From assembly GCA_965603825.1 (NCBI GenBank), contig CBFDEM010000018.1, positions 744,001-808,000 of the forward strand: a stretch of DNA of 64,000 nt, written 5' to 3'. Below are positions 13,401 through 25,232 of this stretch, one piece after another. This DNA is from Blepharisma stoltei ATCC 30299. Its lineage: Eukaryota; Protista; Ciliophora. The position numbers and the translations under genes were made by a program. Positions within the stretch are counted from its first letter, which is position 1, and every line of letters begins with the position of its first letter. Below the pieces are notes generated by a model. That model saw only the letters and a list, made by a program, of their open reading frames with translations. It did not search any database and was not told the DNA's origin.

Positions 13401-14870
13401 ATGGATGAAGCTATGGTTCTTGTTGGAGTTTACTTAGATAAATTAGGATGGGGAAGCTGCCAATCTCAAGTATTTATTCAATGCGGGCTTGTAAGGTTCA
13501 TCTAGGCTCTCTCTGCAGTTCAAGTTTGAATTCTATCACAAAGTTTTGTGCTTGTCAGTGCAGGTCACGATTGGGATTTGAGCTCAACTGTGAAAGGTTA
13601 TATTGGTAGCTGCCTTCAGTTCGGAATGCTTATAGGCTCAATGACATTTGGAACATTAGGAGACAAGTACGGGAGAATCTATTCATTCAGAAAATGTGTC
13701 TGGATTAATGTCATAGCATGCTTTTGTCTTGTCTTCTCATTTCATTATTCTATGATGATGTTCTTTTACATAATGCTTGGGATTGGAGTGGGAGGAGACT
13801 TGACGCTCGCTGGGACAGTCTTCAGTGAATTCTGCCCACCTCAGAAAAGATGGCTGCTTGCTGGCTTGTCTGCTTTCTTTCCACTTGGAGGGACTTTTGC
13901 TTCTTTGACCAATTTATTTATCTACGGAGTTATTGGGGATGAGGATAATGACTGACGGTTTATCGTTGGGACTTTTTTTGTAGTAGAATTATGCATAGCG
14001 ACCTGGAGATTAAAGCTCTATGAGACACCTGCTTACTACATCATGATTGGGCATGAGTCAGGGGCTGAAGAAACTTTAAGAAGAATTGCAAAAGAAAACG
14101 GCCAATCAAACAGCTTTACTTCGTACCACCAAGCAATGATGTCAATCATCCAAAGAGAAGAATTAGCCCCACATAAAGAACGACTTAAGGGATTCGACAG
14201 CATCAAAGTTTTATTTTCAAAAAAATTCAGAAAAACGACCATCTGTATTACTCTGATTAATTTTTTGACCATATCTGGATATATTAGCCTTCTCCTATTT
14301 ATGCCAACATTCTTGGGAGATTTCTCTCGAATGGAGCGTTATCTCATTATATTGATGCAGGCTTTAGTTGCAATTCCAGGGAATATTACAGGCTCTTTAT
14401 TGGTCAGATCCAAGTTTGGGAGAAGAAACACAATTGCGATGGGTCTAGGATTTTCAGGGACTTTATGTGTTTTGTTCTTCATTGACGTTGGGAGTGCAGC
14501 TGTAATTTTTATATAGACTATTGGATGTGTCACAGCCATAAATGCTTTAGTTTTAATATCAATTGGTGCTTTGACTACAATTACAGCTGAATCATATGAT
14601 ACTGATATTAGAAGTTGTGCAAGTGGCTGGCATACTGCATTTGGAAGACTCGGAGGGATTGTTTCTCCACTGATTATAGGAAGACTATTAGATACATCTC
14701 ATGGGAAAAATTTATCGGTCACTATTTTTGCAATTTGTTTTTTCGTAGCTGGGATGTTTGCGAGCATGCTTAAAGAAACAAGAAAGGTGCAAAAGAAAGG
14801 GATTTTGAGAATGACGATGCAAAGATCAATGGCGATTAAAGCCAGCACTGCGAAGTCCCCACTTCTATAG
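13401..14870 (+). CDS. MFS transporter, SVOP/SV2-like; 2 introns
   Basis: GTLGDKYGR, EFCPPQKR, ETP, SKFGRR, AESYDTDIRS..FGRLGGIVSP. Confidence 0.9.
13491..13505 (+). other. 15-nt spliceosomal intron
   Basis: gtaaggttcatctag; in-frame TAG. Confidence 0.87.
14502..14516 (+). other. 15-nt spliceosomal intron
   Basis: gtaatttttatatag; in-frame TAG. Confidence 0.88.
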
Positions 14871-14997
14871 AACTAACATAACTTGGTTGATTGATGATTT
14901 TGTGGTCTTGTCTTATGTCAAGCACATAAAGTGAACGTCTAGATAACCAAGAAATTAATATTTAACCCGTTTTGAATTTAGTATTTTGGAAATTAAT

Positions 14998-15777
14998 TTA
15001 TTTTATCAACTTCTCAGTTTCGTTTTTGTCGATGATGGTTTTCCTTTTTAGATCTATAGCTATTTTTAATCTCTTCCCATCAAACAGCTCTCTACTCAAC
15101 TCCAGTGCAGCTGCTGCTTCTTCACTTTTCGAAAACTCGACAAATGCACTTCCTTTAAAGTACCCATTCTTATCATTTTTAAGCCTAATATCTTTTATCT
15201 TTCCCATTCTTACGAAAAACTGATTAATTGTCTTTTTTGTAGCGTGCTTGGGCAAGCTTTCGACAAAAAGAACATTAGAGTCAAGCTTTTTTTGTTTTTC
15301 TATGTGTCTGTCTAAAGTAGACATAGTCTTTGGATTATAAGTAGGTTCAGTGATTCGTAGTGGCCGATTCATAAAAGAAGCACCATTTAAATTGAGGGCA
15401 GCCTTTACTTCTGTGTCATCTTTAAATTGAATGTATGTAAAGCCTTCTGTTTTTCCATTAGGCCTTACTCAACTTTTGGTTAATGTTGGAGTTCCACATT
15501 GCTTGAAATATTCCAAAATTTCTTCTTCTTTTGCTTTTCATGGTAAATTCCCAACAAAAACCTCATAGGGATTCTTTATTGTCTCAATTGTTTTTGGCTT
15601 CTGGTTAGTATCGCTGCCATTTGAATTCTTTGCTGATGAGAAATTCATAAAATTTGCATTTGAAAGAAAATTGGTTCGATGAAGAGAAAAGTAGCTGAAT
15701 TTAGAATTTGCTAGAAGTCCACGATTGAGAATACGTATGAGAAGGCTGTTTTGTTTGGGTCGCAGAACAGCTCTCAT
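14998..15777 (-). CDS. Two-RRM RNA-binding protein with probable mitochondrial presequence (259 aa)
   Basis: VFVGNLP[W]..EGFTYIQF and LFVESLP..KGSAFVEF; Arg/Ser/Leu-rich, acid-free N-terminus. Confidence 0.85.
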
Positions 15778-15936
15778 ATTTTATTATGAAAATTTATCAT
15801 TAATTTATTGATCATTTAAGGTAAAAACTTCTAAAATTAAATTGATGGCCTATGGTTCTATTTTAAGATTAATTTCTTAAATTAAAATAATTTTGATTTA
15901 TATCGTCTAAATGTATCTCTTAATAGATAAATAAAT

Positions 15937-16332
15937 ATGAAATGGAAGGATGATTATCACCTACTTAAGGCAGTACTGGAATCATATGTACCTGAAGAAG
16001 TGGAGGCTCCATACATAAATAAAGCTAAAGAAAGCATGGATAGTCTTTTCGTAACATCAAGATTGATTAGTTTGATTGCAACCTCTTCAATTTGATATTA
16101 TCTTTATATTAGAAAAAATATTTGGCACGGCCGCCGGCCTCTGCTCAATCACTATTCAAAAGTTTTTTATACAGCAGGAATTATTGTGCTTATATGGCAA
16201 ATGCCTGAAATATGTTATGCTATGAAAGGCACTGAAATGTTGCAAGAAATGTCTCAAACGAAATTCCCAATCAGTTCATTTATAGCATCAAAGCAAATGG
16301 AAGGACAAGCTCAAAATAAAGAGAAAAGCTAA
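15937..16332 (+). CDS. Hypothetical small two-TM protein (131 aa)
   Basis: MKWKDDYHLLKAVLESYVPEEVEAPY...; open to TAA with one TGA=Trp; absent from ORF track. Confidence 0.65.
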
Positions 16333-16513
16333 GTAATAATTCTTAAATTAATTCAGTTTAATATAAATAATAAGTCCATTTTATTTAAGCATAAATTTGC
16401 ATAAATATAACACTCTGCATTTTCACTCAAAAATGTATAAGCTTACGATATCAAGTAAAGCAAATACACTGCCTATTTAAAAATTTATTTAAACAGAATT
16501 GCTGATAATATAA

Positions 16514-17359
16514 TTAAGTAGATCTAACTCCTACTTTTATCTTTGCAGCTAATAGTTTGACAAGCAGCCTTGTCAGCTTTTCATGAGTAGAAAGCATTAT
16601 AGCCGAATTCAGCACTGTCTGCACAGCTTTTGAAGATAATCCTTTATATAATGCAAAGATTCCTTCGTTTTTTAACAAGTCAGCAAATACTTCAGCAATG
16701 CTTAAGTTCTTCTTTACCTCCAGTTGTGCGCGCGTTCTCAAAGTTAGCATCGGATAGGTGACAAAAGTAGCCAGCAGCTTGCTTATACCAGCAAAAATAA
16801 AGAAAACCAAGGCACTTGCATTTTTATTTCTCAACAGCTTTTTTTTTGCATATTCGTAGCCAGCGTATTGGATTATTGGGTTTAAGCATAACATTAAGCT
16901 TCCAGACATACCTTTAAAAAGCCCTTGGGGACCTTCTTCACGCAAAATTTTTTTAAATAAAGAAATGATTCCTCCTGACTGTCCTTTCATTAGTCTAGTG
17001 TTTATTGTCCAAAGAGGAGTACTTATGAGCACTGAAATTACACTCGAAAATAAGCTAACCAATATATCGTCAAGTGTAGTTAGTAAGTGTTTCCCTTTAA
17101 TTAAGCTACGTTGGGCTGCACGATAACAGAGGAAATAAATCCCATAGCTTGTGGTTGTGCCAATTAAGGATGATAGAAATCCAGAATAAAGTGAGAGAAG
17201 TCCATCTTTGCGATGAAGCTCAGTCAAAAAACTGATTAGGTCTACCTTGGAATGAGTAGATTGCATTCTTGTCCGAAGTGCTTCTAAAGGGTGAAGTAAT
17301 GCCATTGCGACGAGAGAACTAGTAGCTCCTGAAATGCCATGAAGCACATTTTCGTTCAT
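16514..17359 (-). CDS. SLC25A17: Mitochondrial-carrier-family protein, peroxisomal PMP34-like
   Basis: HPLEALRTRMQ, TPLWTINTRL, TYPMLTLRTR; the PLW.INTR and L.LCLNP.IQY motifs are typical of PMP34. Confidence 0.82.
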   Translation of the reverse strand: MNENVLHGISGATSSLVAMALLHPLEALRTRMQSTHSKVDLISFLTELHRKDGLLSLYSGFLSSLIGTTTSYGIYFLCYRAAQRSLIKGKHLLTTLDDILVSLFSSVISVLISTPLWTINTRLMKGQSGGIISLFKKILREEGPQGLFKGMSGSLMLCLNPIIQYAGYEYAKKKLLRNKNASALVFFIFAGISKLLATFVTYPMLTLRTRAQLEVKKNLSIAEVFADLLKNEGIFALYKGLSSKAVQTVLNSAIMLSTHEKLTRLLVKLLAAKIKVGVRST

Positions 17360-17725
17360 TTTTATATAATTTTTACGCAATATTTGATGACGTAAAAATT
17401 AAAAATGAATACTTATTATATATAATTTATGAGTAGGAGCATCCAAATTATAAAATTTATAGATTGAATACTAAGTGCTTAAGCTCGATTTGATAAATTT
17501 ATTTTCCTTTTTCTTACTTTTATAATAAATCACAAAACTTTTAACATATTTATTCATATACAGGTATTAATATATGAAAACAGCATTTCTACTCAATTTA
17601 GAGACATTTAATTGATTACTATATGCTCAGTTACAGATATGGAATTTCTATTCACAGCTGATTTTATAAAATTAATCGAGAAGCTGGAGAGATTGCCTCA
17701 AAATTCAAAGTTAATTAAGACTAAT

Positions 17726-18979
17726 ATGGAACCCCGACCTAAGCAGAATTCAAGTGATTCCAACTCTGTATCACAGCTTGGCGGTCCTTGCGCCATAAAT
17801 AAGCGCGTAACAAAAGTAATAGGAGCTACATTTGCTCTTGACTCTCGTTATGAAATTTTAGACACACTAGGAAGTGGCGCATACGGAGTTGTAGTTTCAG
17901 CAAGAGATACTCAAACAGGTGAGATGGTGGCAATAAAAAAAATCGAAAAAGCTTTCGAGCACACGACTTACGCAAAGAGAACTCTACGAGAATTGATTAT
18001 TCTTCGTTTGTTGGAACATGAAAACATTATGAGGATCCGAACCATTCAACTCCCAGAATCCCGTGACAATTTCGACGAAATTTATGTAGTAAACGAGCTT
18101 TTGCAGACAGACTTAAGCTCCATTATAAAATCTCCTCAGCATCTCTCAGATGACCATTGTCAGTTCTTTTTGTACCAGCTATTAAGAGGCATGAAGTACA
18201 TGCACAGTGCTGGGATTATTCACAGAGACCTTAAGCCTCGAAATTTGTTGGTAAATTCTAACTGTGACCTTAAAATCTGTGACTTTGGACTTGCAAGACC
18301 TTATATAAAAGAACTGAAAATAAATTCAACCCAGATGACTGATTATGTAGCAACCAGATGATATAGAGCACCTGAGCTACTTTTGGCTTTTAAGAAATAT
18401 ACAACTGCTCTTGATATGTGAAGCGTTGGATGCATTTTCGGAGAGCTTTTGCATAGAAAGCCAATTCTGCCTGGAAGTGACGCAAACCACCAATTAGAAT
18501 TGATTTTCAATCTGATAGGGACGCCTACAGAGTCAGATATAATGTGTATTCCAAACTCGAGAGCAAGAGAGAAGGTTATGAGAATGGCTAGAAGGCCAGC
18601 AAGGGCTTTTGAAAGTATATTTAGAACTGCAAATCACAACGCTATTGACTTGCTTAAAAAGATGCTAATGTTTAACCCAGTTAAAAGAATTACTATTGAA
18701 GAAGCATTGTGCCACCCTTATCTTGCTCCTCTTCATTATCCAGAAGATGAGCCGACAAGAGAGTCAGTTTCTCTTTTTGACTTTGAATTTGAAAGGCAAC
18801 TGCTGACAATGAAGGACACCAAAGACTTAATTTACGAAGAAATACTCCTTTACCATTTCCAAGACAAGAGAGACGAGTACGAAAAAGCCAAATCTGAGTA
18901 CTCAAGGCAGCTGCATGTTCCTGGGAGACTCATTATTTCTAGAAGAGAAGAGAGCGATGAGGATGGAGAAATTTCTTAA
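17726..18979 (+). CDS. MAP kinase, TDY activation loop (417 aa)
   Basis: [32 protein letters not shown][TGA]YRAPE, DM[TGA]SVGC. Confidence 0.95.
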
Positions 18980-19243
18980 GTTTGAGTCTATATAGTTTAA
19001 AAATTATTAAAAAATAAAAATTGAGAAAATAAATTTGGAAGTAAATTTATTTTTTTTATATTTTTAATATGCAATATTTTGTTTAATGCTCCAAAATTAT
19101 TTTAAATAACTGCCACATAAATTAAAATTTTAGCATCATTTTTTGATAATTTCTCAATAAAAATAAAATTGCTGATCGAATTCGAAGAAAATGGAATTCT
19201 AGAATATCGCAGAGATATTTAGAACAATAATGGCTTTTATAAA

Positions 19244-19495
19244 ATGATTGAAATTCAGAATCTCAATTTACTAGAATGCCTGGATTCTAAAATGCAGGAA
19301 ATGGAAGATTTCCTGAAGAATAATACAGAATTGCCTGACCGAGATAATTTCTTACAACTCTTAGAAATTGCGAAGACAAATATGAAAACCATTAATAGTG
19401 TTGTTGAAGAAAATCAAAGAATTTTGGGCGAAATCCAAGAATTGCAGCAATATCTAAACGAAATTAAGTCAAGAAATAGACCTCAGATTTCTTAG
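19244..19495 (+). CDS. Small coiled-coil hypothetical protein
   Basis: 83-aa ORF after an AT-rich leader (taaaATG); heptad-like composition. Confidence 0.5.
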   Translation: MIEIQNLNLLECLDSKMQEMEDFLKNNTELPDRDNFLQLLEIAKTNMKTINSVVEENQRILGEIQELQQYLNEIKSRNRPQIS

Positions 19496-20251
19496 ATGTT
19501 AATTTAATTTATCGAGTTTTCTTAAATTGGAATAAGAAATTTCTCTGGTTTTATAAATTCGTAGATGATCTTTGCTTACTAAGATTGTTTTTCAGCTTGA
19601 TTACGATAACTATGAGAAATGAGCAAATCTCAAAATGATCAAGACTGTAAAAATAAATCTGAAATTTTGAATAAATTCATTTCTGATTTATTTTTAAGCT
19701 GAATTAAAAGGTTGGATATAAATTTTAATTCACAGATTTATCCTCTCTTCAATGATTCTGAGCACCTAAGGCAGTCTTTTTAAAATGTTATAGCTTAATG
19801 CTTTCACCATGGAAATTTTTTCACAATAATTACATTAAAAATACATTCATCTGTTAAAGTGCAATTTCTTCTGCTGGTGCAAATGATTAAAATTTATCTC
19901 AAAACACACTAAAAACTATAGAAAGTGCTAATATTCAGATCGAGAAAATTATTGACGCAGTCATAAATTATAATCCATCAAAATTTTAAAAATTAAAATA
20001 TGAAAATAAGGCAAAAATATATTAGAAATTCTGTGTTTGCAAGAAATAAATATTTTCAACAATTTTAATATAAAGTAATAATAAACTATTTATAAGATAG
20101 CAATAAAAGAGAATTAATATAAATGTTTTAAATCTTAATTTCTTTTAACTAAGGGATTAATTAAGTTTTATTTTACTATATAAGCATCTATTAAAATATA
20201 TTTTAAAGGAAACAAATAATTGCTATATTTAAAACACTATTAAAATAAATC

Positions 20252-20620
20252 TTACGATTTTATCTCTTCACTTTCAATGAAGCTTTCTGTGTCAAACTTT
20301 AAGGTTTTTGTTCGTTTTTCTAAAATGCTCTTAAAAGTAGCCGCTATATCACTATTTTCCTTGCATCTTTGATTTGGTATCTTGTGTCGAAACAAATTTA
20401 ATGTTTTGACAGTCATCACTTTGCGCGACTGAACTCCGCCCTATTTAAGAATTACGTTAAAAACAGAGTGCAATAAATCAGAAGGTTTGGTTGTAATATA
20501 GTCTAGCTTTTTAGATGAAGAAAGCATTTCTTGGGTGTTATCTAAGCTTTCAAGTGCAGTTTTGAATCTTTTTCTCGGGATATCTAGATCATTTCGTGGA
20601 GGTCTCTTGCTTCCTGGCAT
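20252..20620 (-). CDS. Hypothetical basic protein (117 aa); 1 intron
   Basis: MPGSKRPPRNDLDIPRKRFK...; continuous after removing 20441-20455; absent from ORF track. Confidence 0.7.
20441..20455 (-). other. 15-nt spliceosomal intron
   Basis: gtaattcttaaatag; in-frame TAG. Confidence 0.8.
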
Positions 20621-20969
20621 TATTATTTTTAACGACTTTTTTATTAATTAATTTTGGAAATTTAGGATTATAAATTTTGTAAATTTTGATAGGTCATTTT
20701 ATTAGCCATTATATTTTGAGTCTAAATCTGCTAATACAGATTTATATAGTTTTTTTAAAATATAAAATTCTCCTGCCTTTAATTTATAATTTTATTAAGC
20801 CTTTCTAATACTTTTATATTGATGTTAATAGCACCTTTTATTTGATTAAATATAAACAATTATTGACGAGTCTAGCAGAAAAAAATTTTTATATTCTTTT
20901 AGACAATTTTACAAGTATTTTAACGGGAAGAAAATTTAAATTAAACTCGTCTAATTAACACTTTAATTA

Positions 20970-21695
20970 CTATATTTCTTTGAGCTCTCTAATTGGTGGA
21001 AGCCCTTGCAAAAATGCTCCTAAACCCTCTATGTTTTGATTATCTTCTTTCTTGAGCGAAGTTTCTAGATTCAAAATTTCATTGCGTGTGGAGTGTAAAA
21101 GAGTTTCTAGTTGATTAACCTGCTGAAGCAAAGACATCATTTTTACTTCAGGCTCAGATGGTGCTTCAGCCTTAATTTCTTTAGGAATTTGAGTGGCTTC
21201 TTGTGACTTCATCTTTCTCGTGGTCGAGTAGAAGCGATTTTTAATAGAATTTTCGGTTCTCCCAGGCAATGATTTGGCAATCAAGGTCCATTTGGGCCCG
21301 TAGAGTTTGTACATTTGGAAGATTTTGCCATCATCTTCTGCTGTTCAGTTTCCTTTTTTCACTGCAGGGTTCAATATGTTAAACCACCGCTCACGGCATT
21401 GCTTCCCACTGCGGCCTGGAATGCGCTGGGCACAGTTTGACCAGCCGGTTGGGCCTTCTTTCTCGATCCACTCTCGGAGCTGTTTGTCTTCTTGAGCTGA
21501 CCATGGCCCTTTGACGAGGCCAGGCTTCAAGATTTTAGACCATCGGTGGAGGCACTGAATTGGAGTTCTTCCTTCGACGTGGTCGGCGATGAGCCTCCAT
21601 TGCTTCTCCCCATAGTAGTTTACCGCGGCCCTGAGAGCTTCATCTTCTTCAGGGCTCCATTTACCATGCTTCATTTCAGGCACTTCTCCTGCCAT
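20970..21695 (-). CDS. R1R2R3 (c-Myb-like) transcription factor (241 aa)
   Basis: KWSPEEDEAL, QCLHRW, KGPWSAQED, GKQCRERW, KGN[TGA]TAEDD, GRTENSIKNRF. Confidence 0.95.
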
Positions 21696-22187
21696 ATTCG
21701 TTACTTATATAGCTAGCAGAAAATGATATGCGTTATTTAATACGTTTATGTGTTAACTGATTCTTTAAAGGGCTGTCGTTGCATTCACATCTTCATGATA
21801 TTTATGAAGATAAAATGGTATGATTACTTCATAGAATTCATTATATGATGGGGTTTTATATATTTCTATTGAAAAATTGTTTAGCTTTTATCAATAAATT
21901 TTGATTTTTCGCCTTTATATAAGCCAAGCATTATGTTTTTTAAATATTTTATTAAAAAGAGTGCAATAATAATTATGCTATATCCCTTAAATTTAATGCT
22001 ATTCCAGAAGATGATCATCTTCAAAAAATTTCTATAGAATGTAATTAACTTCAAATTGGCAGGATTCATGAGAAATTTCTAATTAAATAGAATAAAAAGT
22101 TTTATCCTTATTAATTTCCAGGTATTACAGCTTTTTTTTATAAGCTATTTTTAATTACTGTGCTTAAAACACAAAAATTTGTCATAT

Positions 22188-23150
22188 ATGGAAGAAATCA
22201 ATTATCTCGTCGCTCTGAAATATCCAGGAAAGCTTATTATTGTACACCTTGACAGTTTAGAAGTTCGAGTCGAGCGCTCTCCCTGCCCATCAACCAGCTT
22301 TTATACCCCTGTCAGCTATCGGCACATTTTCTTTGCATGAAAAAACAGAGCAATCTTATATGATCATTTAAAAGCAAAAATTGAAATTGAATACCCTCCT
22401 ATTCCCAAAACTCTACCATCTATGATGCCAATATGCTATGAGGACAAAATTTGGTTGTTTTCAGGAGAAGACATTGCATATGTAATCGACATGAAAACTC
22501 CTTCAGGCTGAGAAATGGAAAGTACTGGCTTCCGGACTATTTCTAAGAATTATTGCTTTCTTAAGCCAAACTCTTTAGCTGTCATCAAATCTTCACTGCT
22601 TTCTGACACTTTTGGTTGCCGATTTGGAGGTTTACAGAAAGATGTGAATTTAACAGTGCTAAAACTAGATGGGCTCAGCCATACACAGCATAATATTTCT
22701 TTGCCTTTTCTAGGACCATTTGGATGCGTCTCAGTGAACGATAGGACTATAATGATCTTTGGAGGGTATGATGTAATTGAAGACTCAAGCTTTAAACTAC
22801 TCTCAGAAAACTTAAAGATCGTTCTCCTTAATTACGAAAGAAATACCTATGAGCAAGTAGGGAGTTTGCCATATAAACTCGACGAACCATGTATTTTTCA
22901 ACCTCCATTGTTGTACAAAAATTGTGTATATTCGATATCGAGTTGGCAATTAGTGAGAATTGAGATATCTACAAATGAAGCCAGCATTTTTTCTCTTAGA
23001 GAGCTTTCAAAAAAAGTAGCTTTTAACTTTTTGTGGATCTATAAACAATGCACATTAGGGAAGGCTACAGGATCACTGATGCTTGACAAGCTCCCCCTCT
23101 CCATAATCAGAGCTATAGTAGCTGACTATTACCTTCCTATTTTAACCTAA
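22188..23150 (+). CDS. Kelch-like beta-propeller protein with SOCS-box-like C-terminus (320 aa)
   Basis: ATG 22188 in frame via two TGA; KIWLFSG, IMIFGGY, YKNCVYSI; ends SLRELSKKV...LDKLPLSIIRAIVADY. Confidence 0.7.
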
Positions 23151-23199
23151 TTTTGATACAAATACTTTAAAATTATTTTAATGATAAATATTTTATTAT

Positions 23200-23904
23200 T
23201 TAAGCTGCCAATTGATTGGGCATTCTAGATTTTACCTGGATGCCTTCAATTATCAAAGGTGTGATATCGCTTCTGCCATCAGCTAAAATTAACATGATTA
23301 CTTTTTTTCCTGGGTAACGACTTGAGACTTCTGTGAAGCTGACACGCTTAAATTTGATGCTTTTTGGGCTGTCCAGCTCCTTAGTTCTTGCATTAACCAG
23401 AATGGCTTCTCCCTTTGTAGAGAACAGTATTTCCTTTGGTGGCAGCTCATAGGTGTAAACCTTGATTTTCAAAGAAACCTTTCCAAGTTCACAGCTATTT
23501 TGGCTTGAAATTTTTAATTTCAATGAAAACGGCTTGTTCTTATAAATAACTTGGCCAATGGCGGAGGATAATTTTATTGAAAAAGGAGGTTCAGGTACTG
23601 AAATAAAGCTAGACCTCAGAGATTTAACGATTTCGATGTCAGTTTTTGATTCGTCTTGAAGGGTTGTCCCGTGGGGATTTGCGTTTTGAAGTTGCGTAAT
23701 AGTTTCGTCTAAGTCTTCGTTAATCTTTTTCCCTTGCTCTAAGATCACTTTCAAGTAACTTTCCAACTGAATTAAATATGACTCGAAGGTTTTTTCACAA
23801 GCTTCGTCATTTGTGATGAGCATAGGATGCAGCGGAAGGGAATTAATTTGCATCAGCATCGAATGCTCGGTATGGGAGCTGTGAAGATGTCCATTTGTTT
23901 CCAT
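23200..23904 (-). CDS. Coiled-coil plus predicted beta-sandwich domain protein (candidate transcription factor)
   Basis: 234-aa ORF; beta-rich C-terminus FKRVSFTEVSSRY...ITPLIIEGIQVKSR. Confidence 0.65.
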   Translation of the reverse strand: METNGHLHSSHTEHSMLMQINSLPLHPMLITNDEACEKTFESYLIQLESYLKVILEQGKKINEDLDETITQLQNANPHGTTLQDESKTDIEIVKSLRSSFISVPEPPFSIKLSSAIGQVIYKNKPFSLKLKISSQNSCELGKVSLKIKVYTYELPPKEILFSTKGEAILVNARTKELDSPKSIKFKRVSFTEVSSRYPGKKVIMLILADGRSDITPLIIEGIQVKSRMPNQLAA

Positions 23905-25232
23905 TAATTTTTATATAATGGTAATTGCTTTAACTTATTATATGAATAAATATCGGTATGAATAATGATGCAGCACTTTGAGGCTTTATGTTGAATTCCA
24001 AAGGAAATAATAAAAAATTGAAGAGGTCTAAACATGGAGCTTAATTGTTTTTTACTATTCATATTTATTATAAAAGCTTAAATATGAGATTGGGTTCTAT
24101 GGAATATTGAAGAGAAAATATTAAATTTAATAAATAATTATTAGAAAAAATCATTGGAAAGCATGACTATTGAAAACTCAATATCTATTTGGATATTAAA
24201 ATTAATATAAGATGGTGCTGGAAAATTTTTAGATATTTCTGTTGTATTATTCGCAAATTCTGGTCTGGGTTGTAATATTAAAATTCTATGATTTTTCTTT
24301 GATTAAAGGAAAAAAACAATTTATAAACTTTTGTAAGCTCCTTAATGAGTCAGATCTTATATTTATTTGAGCCTCGAAATCTTAATCAAGGAAAAAATTA
24401 TCATTTTTATCACTAGCAAAATACAGTAGGAGAAATTTAACGACACACCTTATCAATTACAACTCTTGCTATTTGCATGGTGAATATGCGAATATTGATG
24501 ACATAAAACGTCAATTCAAGTAGAGTCGCAATGCTAGAATCAAACTAAAAGAAACTTTTTACCAAAAAAAGAATTGTAATTAAGATCATTAAAATTTTTA
24601 AAAGGGCCTTATAAGCTAATTCAATGGTAAATGATTTGAACTAGAGATTCTGACTATTTTAATTTTTGTACTAACGCTTCTTATTAAATATTTATGCATA
24701 TTTGGCAAATAAAGCGTTTAGCTATCAAATGTATTAGTAATCAAAAATAGATATTTATAGTATTTTTATATGCTAAGTTTTGCTTGATAATATTTTAATC
24801 ACATTTAGTTGAATCTTCATAAGTAATTTAGATATATTTTCTTTATTTTGATATAAAATTTTATTTATTGAGCTAAATTCAATTAAATTTACTGAAAATA
24901 AACTAAATGCATTCTATTTTTTTTCTAAATAAAATGGGCTGCTATATGAACCTAAAATCGAAATAGAGAGTTTTTTTAATTTTATCAATATTTAAAAACA
25001 AATTCAAAATTAATAGCCATAAATTACTTATTTGATATTAGTTTCTAACTGTTTAATTTTGAGCTAGTATATTAGCCCATAAGTGAAGATATCTTTATTT
25101 TCTTGATTCTAAATATTTTCAATAAAGCTAAGCTTGGATGTCTCTAATTAAAATAATTATAGATTTTATTCTTAGTACATGTTCTGGAAGTTAATTAATT
25201 CAATATATTAAACAAAAAATTGCATTATAAAA

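Noticed and set aside
21789-21811. Short inverted repeat atcttcat..atgaagat upstream of Myb
   Set aside because: An 8-bp AT-rich stem is expected by chance
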